Origin: Deltaproteobacteria bacterium
Lineage (GTDB): Bacteria; Myxococcota_A; Polyangia; Fen-1088
Reading direction: 5' to 3'
DNA length: 64,000 nt
NCBI GenBank assembly: GCA_033763315.1
Contig: JANRKS010000019.1
Location: 192,001 to 256,000 of the forward strand
In this document: one piece after another, positions 48,046 through 56,562 of the stretch
Layout: each line of letters starts with the position of its first letter
Position numbering within the stretch: the first letter of the stretch is position 1
Translations under genes and position numbers: made by a program
Notes under the pieces: model-generated
What the model was told of the DNA's origin: nothing
The model's input: the letters and a program-made list of their open reading frames with translations, nothing else
The model's database searches: none

Positions 48046-48498
48046 ATGAGCCTCAATCTCAAGACTGAGCCGGTATCCCCGCCGCCCCCCAAACACATCC
48101 AGCGCGCTGAGCTTGTCGCGCGGCTTCTTGATCGACACTACCTCGATCCCATCCTCGGCTTCGTGGCCCCCGGCATGGGTGATGGGGTGGGGCTGTTGTT
48201 GGGGCTCTATATCGTGTTTGCGGCGCGGCAAGCAAAGGCGTCGCGGATGTTACAGGCGCGCATGTTGCTAAATCTGGCTGCAGATGGGCTGCTGGGTGCC
48301 GTGCCGCTGATCGGCGATTTGTTCGACATCGCGTTCAAAGCAAATACTCGTAACCTTGAGCTCCTCAAGCGAGACGATGTCACGAAACCAAAGCCCACCG
48401 ATGGTTTGGTATTGGCGCTCGCTTTCGTGCTGTTCTTAGCCGCCCTGGCCGTGCCCGTGGTGGTGTTCGTGGCCTTTGTGAAGTGGATGTTCTCCTGA
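48046..48498 (+). CDS. DUF4112 family membrane protein
   Basis: LDPILGFVAPGMGD, RMLLN...D...G.VP.IGDLFD..FKAN.RN motifs. Confidence 0.88.
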   Translation: MSLNLKTEPVSPPPPKHIQRAELVARLLDRHYLDPILGFVAPGMGDGVGLLLGLYIVFAARQAKASRMLQARMLLNLAADGLLGAVPLIGDLFDIAFKANTRNLELLKRDDVTKPKPTDGLVLALAFVLFLAALAVPVVVFVAFVKWMFS

Positions 48499-48549
48499 CG
48501 CACGTTACATCATCAGGACGGTGCGTGGTGTTCTCTCCACGTGCTGCCG

Positions 48550-49041
48550 CTACTCCCGCGCGCGCCGCGATGGTCGTGCCGACGCGCGCAGCGCCCGCAT
48601 GCGATCGAGCTCCTCATCGGCGCGGCCAGCCAGCTCTCGCCACACCTGCAGCAAGGTTGCCAGATCGGCCAAGCGAGAACCCGTCAGCGAATCCACCGGC
48701 AGATCGCGCTCAAGGCATGCCATGTCGCTTTCAGGCACCACCGCCACATTGTTCAGGGCCGCCAGGCCGTCCTCAAACGAACGTGTTTGGTTGCTGCCAA
48801 ACACCGTTTGCGAAAGGTGCTCAGACAGGGTGACCGCCATCAGGTGATGGGCGCGCATGAATGCCGAGGGCGTGGGCTTGGCGATGAAGGCCTCAAGCAA
48901 GGCCACGCAAGGCTGCGCACGCTCGGCGGGCATCCGAGGCAGCGCCCACGCCGCGCGCGCATAGAGTGTGGCGGCCAAGCGTTGCGTGGGGGAGGGCACG
49001 TGTTTGGTGCGCGGCATAGACGTTTCAGAGTTGAGCATCAT
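48550..49041 (-). CDS. Hypothetical helical protein, gene 4 of the MotA/MotB-like operon
   Basis: ATGA overlap with the MotB-like stop codon. No recognisable motif. Confidence 0.65.
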   Translation of the reverse strand: MMLNSETSMPRTKHVPSPTQRLAATLYARAAWALPRMPAERAQPCVALLEAFIAKPTPSAFMRAHHLMAVTLSEHLSQTVFGSNQTRSFEDGLAALNNVAVVPESDMACLERDLPVDSLTGSRLADLATLLQVWRELAGRADEELDRMRALRASARPSRRARE

Positions 49042-49670
49042 CGAGAAGCCACCGTGGTGATGGGAACAAGCAAAACTTCAATGCGGCGGTTGCGGCGCCG
49101 CGCTTCTTCTGTGTCGTTGCTCGCCCGTGGGTGGTGTTCGCCGAACCCTGCGGCCACCACCTTATCGGCGGGCACACCCGCGGTCATCAACACGCGCGAC
49201 ACAGCGACGGCACGCGCTGCCGAGAGTTCCCAATTGTTTGCGAAGCGACCGGGACGCAGCGACTTGTTATCGGTGTGGCCCCCCACCAACGCCATTTGGT
49301 TCGGTTCCGCTTTGAGCAGTTTCGCGAGTGCCTCACCCATCGTGCCGATCAGCCTTTCGCCCTCGGCCGTCAACGCGTCCGAACCCGATGCAAACAGCAC
49401 TTCGCCTTGCAAAATGACTTTGCCGCCCTCGATGTCCACCACACTGCTTGGAGCCAATGCCCGCAGGCGCCGCTCGATGCGCGCTTTCTCGTCGCGCAAG
49501 CGTGTCAGTTCATCGTCAGCCGTGCGCAGCCGCGCCAACAAACGGTGTTGTGCGAGCACGGCCACCAACATCAGCAGCACCACCGCCGCCAACACCAACG
49601 TCACGGCATCGACAAACGGCGGCCACACATTGACGGGGAACAGGCGTCGCCGCCCCACGCCGGCTCTCAT
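49038..49670 (-). CDS. MotB/ZorB-like protein (transmembrane helix with Asp, coiled stalk, OmpA domain)
   Basis: WPPFVD plus a hydrophobic helix, VLFASGS, GHTD, NWELSAARA, GFGEHHP and NRRIE motifs. Confidence 0.9.
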   Translation of the reverse strand: MRAGVGRRRLFPVNVWPPFVDAVTLVLAAVVLLMLVAVLAQHRLLARLRTADDELTRLRDEKARIERRLRALAPSSVVDIEGGKVILQGEVLFASGSDALTAEGERLIGTMGEALAKLLKAEPNQMALVGGHTDNKSLRPGRFANNWELSAARAVAVSRVLMTAGVPADKVVAAGFGEHHPRASNDTEEARRRNRRIEVLLVPITTVASR

Positions 49671-52159
49671 GAATGCGCCTCTTCCATTTCGGGCGCGTGC
49701 GGCTCGCGGGCCAAACGCACCAAGCTGGCCAAACGTTCGAGGCCATCGCCCATGCGTTCAAGTTCGGCCATCACAACGGCGCTGCCATGCGCGGAATCGG
49801 CGTGCGCCGACATCACAGCCACTTCGTGCGTCAACCGCTCAAGTTCACCGGCCAGCGCGTCCAGACGCGGTTGCAGCGGTTCCAATGTGGCGTGCATTGT
49901 GCGCGTGGCGTCCACCAATTTGCCCGCGGCTTTTTCCAGCCGATCGCCGCTCACCAACATCGCGTCGCCCAACCCCGAAACCAACGACGACGCCGTGGCG
50001 TGCAATGTCTCGGCGTGGCCACGAACGGCGCTGTCCACCGCAGAGGCAGTTTGTTGGCCCAAGCCCGAGAGCAACGATTCGGTGCGCGCCGCCATGCTGC
50101 CCAAGCTTTCGATCACGCTGTGGCTTGCTTCCACCAACGAGCCCGACGCTTGTGTGATCATCGTGGCCGCGCTCTCCGAAAGCACGCGGTTCGTTTCGGC
50201 CAACGCCGTTTCTGTGCGCGAGGCGAGGGTGGCAAAGCCTTCGCTGATGTTACGACCCGTTTGTTCCAGGTGGGCGTGGGTGGCAATCGTGTTGCTGGCC
50301 ACAGCCGCCAGCACGCTGCGGCTTGTTTCTTCTAGCAGCGTTTTGGTGCTTTGTGTGTTGGCGTTCAATGCACCCATCACGCCTTGGCTGGTTTGCTCCA
50401 GGTTTGAAGAAAGCGTCGACGCCAAGGTCGAAAGCGTGCCATTGAAACGCTCCTCGGCTTGCGACAAACGAGCTGTCGCCTCGTTTGATGTTTGCCCCAA
50501 GGCCAACGCCACACGCTCAGCCACCGTGGCCAGCGCCGCACTGGCTTCCTCCGTGGCCCGCGCCATGCGCTCAGCCGAACGTTCGCTTGAAAGCGTCAGT
50601 CCCTCTGCCTGCGCCACCGTGGCTGCCGACAAAGCGTCAACCACTTTTTGTCCCGTGGCCGCCAACGCCGCACTGGTGTTCTGCGCTTGCGCGCCTAAGG
50701 CGCCCGACACGTCATCCGCGCGGCGTACCAAGGCGTGCAGCTCTTCCAGGTTTTGCGCCAACGAAGATGCCAGAACTTTGCGTTCCGATGACTCCGCCAA
50801 AAATAGCGGTGCCAATGTGTCGGACAACGCCTTCGCCGCTTCGGCCACCGCGGCGCCCGTTCGCTCCACCGATGTTTGTGCCGACGTGGTCACAGATTCC
50901 ACAAGCGACGCCACAGACGTGGATACATCTCGCGACAGCGCTTGTCGCTCTTTCTCAGCGTCGGCCAACAAGCGCGAGGCCAAGTCGGCATTGGCCTGCG
51001 CGGCCTGCGCGAGGTGCGCCTGCGCTGTGGCCACAACCTTTTGCAGGTGCTCGGTCATCTGTTCTGCAACCATCGCCGATTGCAGCGCCGAATCTTCCGC
51101 GTGCTTTGTGGCCGCGGCCGCGCTCGCTTCAAGCCGCTGGGCCAACGACGCCACAACCTCATCTGCATTCTTCACAAGCCCGGCCGCCACCTTCGTGACA
51201 GTGCCATCAAGGTGCTGTGCCTGTTGCCGCGTGGCCTCCGCCAAAGTTTTTGCAACGGTGTCGGTTAAGCCTTGCAGCTGGGCTTCCACTTTCACCGCCG
51301 TCTTGGAAAGCTCAGCGGATGTTTGCTTGGTGTGCGTGCCAACGACGTCGGCCATCTGCAGGGCGCCAACCGAAAGCTCTTTCGCCAACGCTGTCATGCG
51401 CTCGTCTTGCGACTTGTTCAAGGCTTCTGTCGCTTGTTTAAGCGCACCCGCCACCGCTTGCGCGATCTCCGTATGCAACCCTTCAAGCACGCGCACGGTG
51501 CGTTCGTTGGCATCGCGCTCAAGGGGCCACAACGCGGGGACCAACTGGTGGTGGGTCAGATCTTCAAGCGTCGCCAGCGCCTGCTCTTCGTGAAGCACCA
51601 GATCGCCTTGTGCCAACGAAAGTGCGAGCGTCACGACGATCGCCACAAGGCTGGCCCCGAAGGTCACATGCAAACCTGAAAGCGGCGCGGCCAATAAGCT
51701 CAGCGCTTTGCCTGCTCCATCATCGGCCAAAAGCGGCGCCACTTTGCCCAATGTCTCCATCAGGCCTGCGAACGTGCCCACCAACCCCACAAGCACAGTG
51801 GTGGCCACGAGATAACGCCCGAAGTACGCGCGGCTCGCTTCTTTCGCCGCCGAGGCTTCGGCTAAAGCGCGCAGATCCGGGCGCGCGCCCGACGCCTTGA
51901 TCGCTTCCAAGCGTTGGCGCCGCTCTTCGTAAAGGGTGCCCGCGGGCGCCTTCGCCGCCATCCCCGCGAGCTCCACGTGGATGCGCCGACGGGCCAGGCC
52001 CAGACTCGCCATGCCCGCAACTGTTATCACTGCCAGCACAACGACGGCCGCGATGCCCAAGGCCAACCCGTGCTCGGCATACGTTCGCAACGCCGAAACG
52101 GCGGCGAATAAACCAACCACGGCCAAAACGGCGGCCAATGCCCATCGCACGCGACTCAT
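49667..52159 (-). CDS. MotA/ExbB/ZorA-like membrane protein with a very long helical cytoplasmic tail
   Basis: Two N-terminal hydrophobic helices, then VGLVGTFAGL and GLHVTFGASL (MotA/ExbB-type channel helices), then about 640 aa of Ala/Ser/Thr-rich amphipathic helix. Confidence 0.8.
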   Translation of the reverse strand: MSRVRWALAAVLAVVGLFAAVSALRTYAEHGLALGIAAVVVLAVITVAGMASLGLARRRIHVELAGMAAKAPAGTLYEERRQRLEAIKASGARPDLRALAEASAAKEASRAYFGRYLVATTVLVGLVGTFAGLMETLGKVAPLLADDGAGKALSLLAAPLSGLHVTFGASLVAIVVTLALSLAQGDLVLHEEQALATLEDLTHHQLVPALWPLERDANERTVRVLEGLHTEIAQAVAGALKQATEALNKSQDERMTALAKELSVGALQMADVVGTHTKQTSAELSKTAVKVEAQLQGLTDTVAKTLAEATRQQAQHLDGTVTKVAAGLVKNADEVVASLAQRLEASAAAATKHAEDSALQSAMVAEQMTEHLQKVVATAQAHLAQAAQANADLASRLLADAEKERQALSRDVSTSVASLVESVTTSAQTSVERTGAAVAEAAKALSDTLAPLFLAESSERKVLASSLAQNLEELHALVRRADDVSGALGAQAQNTSAALAATGQKVVDALSAATVAQAEGLTLSSERSAERMARATEEASAALATVAERVALALGQTSNEATARLSQAEERFNGTLSTLASTLSSNLEQTSQGVMGALNANTQSTKTLLEETSRSVLAAVASNTIATHAHLEQTGRNISEGFATLASRTETALAETNRVLSESAATMITQASGSLVEASHSVIESLGSMAARTESLLSGLGQQTASAVDSAVRGHAETLHATASSLVSGLGDAMLVSGDRLEKAAGKLVDATRTMHATLEPLQPRLDALAGELERLTHEVAVMSAHADSAHGSAVVMAELERMGDGLERLASLVRLAREPHAPEMEEAHS

Positions 52160-52680
52160 ACCCACCTCCGGGCCAACTCGTGGAGGGCGGGGGCCAGGTC
52201 TAAGAAGGGACGTCCGTGTGGCATGAGATCTCTATCGTCCATTGCTTCCATTCGTGTGCGTAATCGAATCAGGGAGGGCAGCCGCGTTTCCAACAACGAG
52301 ACAACGGCAAAAGCGGTTCGCAACGCCCACAAGCCTTCGGTGGCCAGCGCCACCACGGCCGGCTCCCCCATCAAGACCGCATAGCGCAAGTCTTGGCGGG
52401 CCAAGAGCAGCATCTCGAGGGCGTCCTCGTCGAGCAGTGCCATGGAGCCAGTTTGCTCCCAGGCCCACGTCGCCGAACGCAGCGCCGCGGGCAGGCGCTC
52501 ATCCACCAAAGTCGCCATGCGGGCCAACGTGTTTCGGACATGCCGACGAACCCCCTCGGCCGTCGGCAAAGCTTCAGGCGCAGGTTCGCCGGCACCCGAG
52601 GGACGCCACGGGTTTTTTCGTCGCGGCAGGGGTGCAAGCGCGGGCGTAACAGCCGGAGCCCCGGGCAAAGCGGTCACCAT
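52156..52680 (-). CDS. Hypothetical protein, gene 1 of the MotA/MotB-like operon
   Basis: The stop overlaps the ATG of the MotA-like gene (ATGA). Pro-rich N-terminus followed by a helical domain. Confidence 0.65.
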   Translation of the reverse strand: MVTALPGAPAVTPALAPLPRRKNPWRPSGAGEPAPEALPTAEGVRRHVRNTLARMATLVDERLPAALRSATWAWEQTGSMALLDEDALEMLLLARQDLRYAVLMGEPAVVALATEGLWALRTAFAVVSLLETRLPSLIRLRTRMEAMDDRDLMPHGRPFLDLAPALHELARRWV

Positions 52681-52844
52681 GCGCAACAGATCGAGGAGGG
52701 GTCGCGTGCGAATAAGGGTCGCACGTTAGGGGTTCACATTCCACCCTGTCAACCCGCCGCTCGACCCGCGGAAAAACCCATACAGTTCCCGCAACTTGCC
52801 CTGTTTTAGCCTGTGGTTAGGCTGTGGATAATTTGCCGGGCGCC

Positions 52845-53918
52845 TTAGATGGCGGGCAGGCACGCCCCATAGGTGTTGTAGACGGGGTTCGTCAGCTTTT
52901 CGCAGGTTCGGCCGGGGCCGCACGTGGCGGGCTCGGTCAGCTTGCAGATAGGCCGGCAGGCGAGGGCGCCTCCCGTCATCACGCAGAAGGTGCCTGGTTG
53001 GCAATCGCCCGTGGTTTGGCAGGTTGCGCCTTCGCCACCGAATTGGGTGGATACGACGCACGCACAGTCCGCCACTTCTTGTGAAAACACGATGCAGCGC
53101 AAGCCTTCCGCACAGCCGGCTTTTGCTTCGCCGCGCGGGTCGCACGGTTGCGAACAGGTGCGGACGCCCGAAGGAACGTTGTTGCCGCAGACTTGTTCGC
53201 GGAAGCACGTGGCGCCGTTGGCGCAATCCGCGTTGGTGCGGCACAACTTCTGGCACACCTTCGGACCGCAGTTCTCCTGGGCGCATTGCGATCCGGGCGC
53301 ACACTCGCCCGGGCCCGTGCAAAGTTCGCCCGGCTGTTTCGTGCCCGCAGCCACGCACTTCGACGTGGGCTTGTCACCCAAGCACGAAAGGCCACACGTG
53401 CCGTTGGCGCCGCAGGCGTTCACATCACCCACGGTGCACATCATCAAGCTTGCATCTGCGCCGGCATCTGATGACCCGCCGTCGCTCACACCGCCGTCAT
53501 TCTGCACGGGCGGCTTGGCGCCTTTGGTCACCAGCACCGTGGCGTACGCGATGCGACCCGCCGCGATCTGCACGTTGGGGTTTTCGCCATATCCAAGCAC
53601 ATTGCCGCTCACATCGAGTGCGGTGGCGCTCAGCATGGCTTTGCCCACGAAAGCGTCTGAAAAGCTGACCGACAAGGTCGTGTCCGTCAGTTGCGTGAGC
53701 TCCAGCATGGGTCCCGGCTTTGAGCCGTATGTCAGATCGTCGGTCATGCCCGACGCTGTCAACTGCAAACGAACCTGCGCCACTCCCGGGATCGGATCGC
53801 TAAACGCGCGCAAGGCCACCACGATGTAGGATCGCCCCTGCGTACATGCACCGAGCAGCGCCAACAAGGGCAGGATGGCTAGACGGCTCCAGGCCGTTTT
53901 CAGGTTAGCGGAACGCAC
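52845..53918 (-). CDS. Cys-rich lipoprotein, myxobacterial type
   Basis: Signal peptide with LGAC lipobox (GTG 53918), a beta domain, a DGG/DAG linker and then many C-x(n)-C modules. Confidence 0.75.
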   Translation of the reverse strand: MRSANLKTAWSRLAILPLLALLGACTQGRSYIVVALRAFSDPIPGVAQVRLQLTASGMTDDLTYGSKPGPMLELTQLTDTTLSVSFSDAFVGKAMLSATALDVSGNVLGYGENPNVQIAAGRIAYATVLVTKGAKPPVQNDGGVSDGGSSDAGADASLMMCTVGDVNACGANGTCGLSCLGDKPTSKCVAAGTKQPGELCTGPGECAPGSQCAQENCGPKVCQKLCRTNADCANGATCFREQVCGNNVPSGVRTCSQPCDPRGEAKAGCAEGLRCIVFSQEVADCACVVSTQFGGEGATCQTTGDCQPGTFCVMTGGALACRPICKLTEPATCGPGRTCEKLTNPVYNTYGACLPAI

Positions 53919-54279
53919 GCATATCCCCCAAGATCGTCTTCGGTTCTTCTTGCGAGCGGCCCGCCACAAGGACGATGGCCACAGTCGTTGCCACAACACC
54001 GGCAGCGGCGGCCCAAAACCACCACGTCTCCGTGATGGGGCGCTGTTGCTCCGTGGGGTGGGGCCGCAAGTCCATTCCGGTCTCGCTGTCTTGACCGTCT
54101 TGCGGAGGGGTGACCGTGGGAAGTGGCACGGCAGCGCTTGCGTTGGCCGTTCCGGTGGCGGTGACGGCCGCGGGGGGCGGCGTGGTGCTGGCGGGGGCTT
54201 GCGCCCAAGCCGCCGAGGAAACGCCCCAGATGCCCACAAGGAGCGTCGAGGCAACCACTGCCATTCGCAAGCTATGCAT
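53905..54279 (-). CDS. Small exported or membrane protein with a Pro/Thr linker and a WWFW-led transmembrane helix
   Basis: Signal peptide ending AWA, then PITETWWFWAAAAGVV. Overlaps the next gene. Start is 54279 or 54288. Confidence 0.65.
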   Translation of the reverse strand: MHSLRMAVVASTLLVGIWGVSSAAWAQAPASTTPPPAAVTATGTANASAAVPLPTVTPPQDGQDSETGMDLRPHPTEQQRPITETWWFWAAAAGVVATTVAIVLVAGRSQEEPKTILGDMRAFR

Positions 54280-54321
54280 GTATTTCACCCCTACACCTTT
54301 ACGACGCCCACCACGAATTCT

Positions 54322-54750
54322 TTATTCGGTGACCCGTTCCCAGGTGGCGGATTCCAGGTTCCACGTGAAGTTATCTTTGTAGAACGTTAGCTTAACTTCG
54401 CTTTCGGTGCGCGAGCCGTCGCCTTGGAACGTGATGAAAACACCTTCGTACGAATTCTCTGAGCCCTCAATGGGGCCGATGCGGAACATTTCCATGTCGT
54501 CGGCCACGCCCACCAGCTCCTGCAGGAACTTCCCCTTGTGCACCAACACGCCCACGTAGCCGCCGCCACGCTTGCGGAACTGCACCACCCGTTGGTCAAG
54601 ACGGCCTGAGATCACCACCAGCTTGTACTTGGCGCCGTCCAGTTCGTCCTTCTTTAAGGGGACGGCCGGGGTTGAGGCGCAGCCCACGAAGGTGGCGCAC
54701 AGGGTGAAAGCAGCAAGAACTTGGAACGCGCGGCGTGCGATTTTGTGCAT
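54322..54750 (-). CDS. Hypothetical beta-rich lipoprotein
   Basis: Lipobox FVGC. Start set at ATG 54750. Confidence 0.65.
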   Translation of the reverse strand: MHKIARRAFQVLAAFTLCATFVGCASTPAVPLKKDELDGAKYKLVVISGRLDQRVVQFRKRGGGYVGVLVHKGKFLQELVGVADDMEMFRIGPIEGSENSYEGVFITFQGDGSRTESEVKLTFYKDNFTWNLESATWERVTE

Positions 54751-54824
54751 GCTTGCAACTACAACGCCCGCGGCCATTGGGTCAAGAGGGACGCGCTGCG
54801 CCCCCCTCAACCCTGATTCGGATC

Positions 54825-56147
54825 CTAGTCGTAGTACTCAGCGCCCAAGTGGGTGATGAGCTCTTCACCCCTCATGTGGCGAAGCGTGTTCTTTAGCTTC
54901 ATCAACTGAATGAAGATATCGTGCTCGGGATAAAGGCCTTCGGGCGTCTGTGGCGACTTCCAGTAGAACGACAGCCATTCTTGAATGCCCTTCATGCCTG
55001 AACGCTGGGCCAAATCCAGGAACAAGGCCAAATCGAGAACGATCGGCGCCGCCAAGATCGAATCGCGGCACAAGAAGTTCACCTTGATCTGCATCTGGTA
55101 CCCCATCCATCCGAAGATGTCGATGTTGTCCCAGCCTTCCTTGTTGTCGCCGCGCGGGGGGTAATAGTTGATACGCACCACGTGGTCGAGCTTGCCGTAC
55201 AGATCCGGGTAAAGGTGCGGCTGCAGGATGTAATCCAACACGCCCATCTTGGAGACTTCCTTGCTCTTGAAAGCTTCGGGATCGTCCAAAACTTCGCCGT
55301 CGCGGTTGCCCAAGATGTTCGTTGAGTACCAACCCTCAACACCCAACAAGCGGGCCTTAAAGCCCGGTGCCAGCAACGTCTTCATGAACGTTTGGCCTGT
55401 CTTGAAGTCTTTGCCCGTCACAGCCACGTTGTTCTTGCGTGCCAGCTCCATCAAAGCAGGCGTGTCGAGCGTGAGGCTGGGCGACCCGTTGGCGTAGGGC
55501 ACGCCCAATTTCAAAGCGGCGTACGCATAGATTTGCGAAGGCGCGATGTCGGGATCGTTTTCCTCCAGGCCCTTTTCGAAGGCTGCCAGCGTGGCGTGGC
55601 AGGCGACGGGTTCGCGATAAACCTCGGTGGAACCGCACCACACCATCACAAGGCGGTCACAGCCGTTTTCCTTGCGGAAGTTTTCGATGTCTTGCATGAC
55701 CTGGGCGGCCAACTCAGCCTTGTTTTTGCCCGTTTTGAAGTGCGTTGCCGTCAACTTCTTCACGTATTCCTGCATGAACACGGCAGGCATGGGCTTGATC
55801 GTGCTCAAGAACTCGCGCAGTTGCTGCAAATGCTCTTTGTTCAAAACGCCGCAGTGAGCGGCAGCTTCGTAAGCGTTGTCGGGAAACAGGTCCCAGCCAC
55901 CGAAGACGATGTCGTTCAGGTCGGCCAGCGGAACGAAATCCTTGATGAGCGGGCTGCGGTTGTCCGTGCGCTTGCCAAGGCGAACGGTGCCCATTTGGGT
56001 GAGCGAACCAATCGGTTTCGATATGCCACGGCGAACAGCTTCAACACCGGCCATAAATGTGGTGGCAACAGCGCCCATGCCGGGCATCAGGATGCCCAAC
56101 TTGCCCTTGGCGGGCTTGATTTCAACTCCGGACTTCGTAAGCGGCAT
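54825..56147 (-). CDS. ino1: Myo-inositol-1-phosphate synthase
   Basis: FGGWD, WCGSTE, NGSP, GKDFKTGQT, NILGNRDG, GDNKE and CRDSILAAP motifs. Confidence 0.95.
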   Translation of the reverse strand: MPLTKSGVEIKPAKGKLGILMPGMGAVATTFMAGVEAVRRGISKPIGSLTQMGTVRLGKRTDNRSPLIKDFVPLADLNDIVFGGWDLFPDNAYEAAAHCGVLNKEHLQQLREFLSTIKPMPAVFMQEYVKKLTATHFKTGKNKAELAAQVMQDIENFRKENGCDRLVMVWCGSTEVYREPVACHATLAAFEKGLEENDPDIAPSQIYAYAALKLGVPYANGSPSLTLDTPALMELARKNNVAVTGKDFKTGQTFMKTLLAPGFKARLLGVEGWYSTNILGNRDGEVLDDPEAFKSKEVSKMGVLDYILQPHLYPDLYGKLDHVVRINYYPPRGDNKEGWDNIDIFGWMGYQMQIKVNFLCRDSILAAPIVLDLALFLDLAQRSGMKGIQEWLSFYWKSPQTPEGLYPEHDIFIQLMKLKNTLRHMRGEELITHLGAEYYD

Positions 56148-56471
56148 TTTTCTTCCTTTTCGATCGAGTCCTCAACACGGGACAGGTGTTGAAGGTGTTG
56201 AATTTTCAACACATCTTTTGCGTATGCACGGCATCAAGCAACTACCAGGCCATGTGCAACAACAACGGTGCTTTCGGAACGCTGCGCAGATGCCGACAAT
56301 GGCAGGTGGTTTCACTTCACGCACACAATTGGTTTTAAATCGTGAGAAATCCTGAGCTAGCTCACGCGGCTGGGTCGAGGGCGCCCTCGTTGGCAGTGCC
56401 CAATCATTCCCTCATGTTGCGCTTGGCATCAGGGGCAAATGTGGTAAAAAGCTGACCCTTCAAACACCACA

Positions 56472-56536
56472 CGCCGGCTGAGGCCACCGGGCGTGCCGGG
56501 ATTTATCCCGGTTCCGCGTGGCCAGTGACGTCGGCG
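56472..56536 (+). promoter_or_regulatory. Structured rpsB 5' leader
   Basis: Nested stems CGCCGGC/GTCGGCG, GGCCAC/GTGGCC and CCGGGA/TCCCGG. An extended -10-like TGTGGTAAAAA lies at 56440-56450. Confidence 0.55.
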
Positions 56537-56562
56537 GAGGAAACAACGCGAAAGGAATGACA

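Noticed and set aside
49131-51593. 820-aa plus-strand ORF (and 48541-50157)
   Set aside because: Antisense shadow of the Ala-rich MotA-like and MotB-like genes. It has no motifs, and long stop-free antisense frames are expected in GC-rich genes.
49038-52159. Reading as a flagellar MotAB stator, ExbBD/TolQR or gliding AglRQS motor
   Set aside because: Those A subunits lack a roughly 640-aa tail, ExbD/TolR-type partners lack the OmpA domain seen here, and there is no flagellar or TonB gene context.
52690-52845. Possible replication origin
   Set aside because: Only one perfect DnaA box, no AT-rich unwinding element, and no dnaA, dnaN or gidA nearby.
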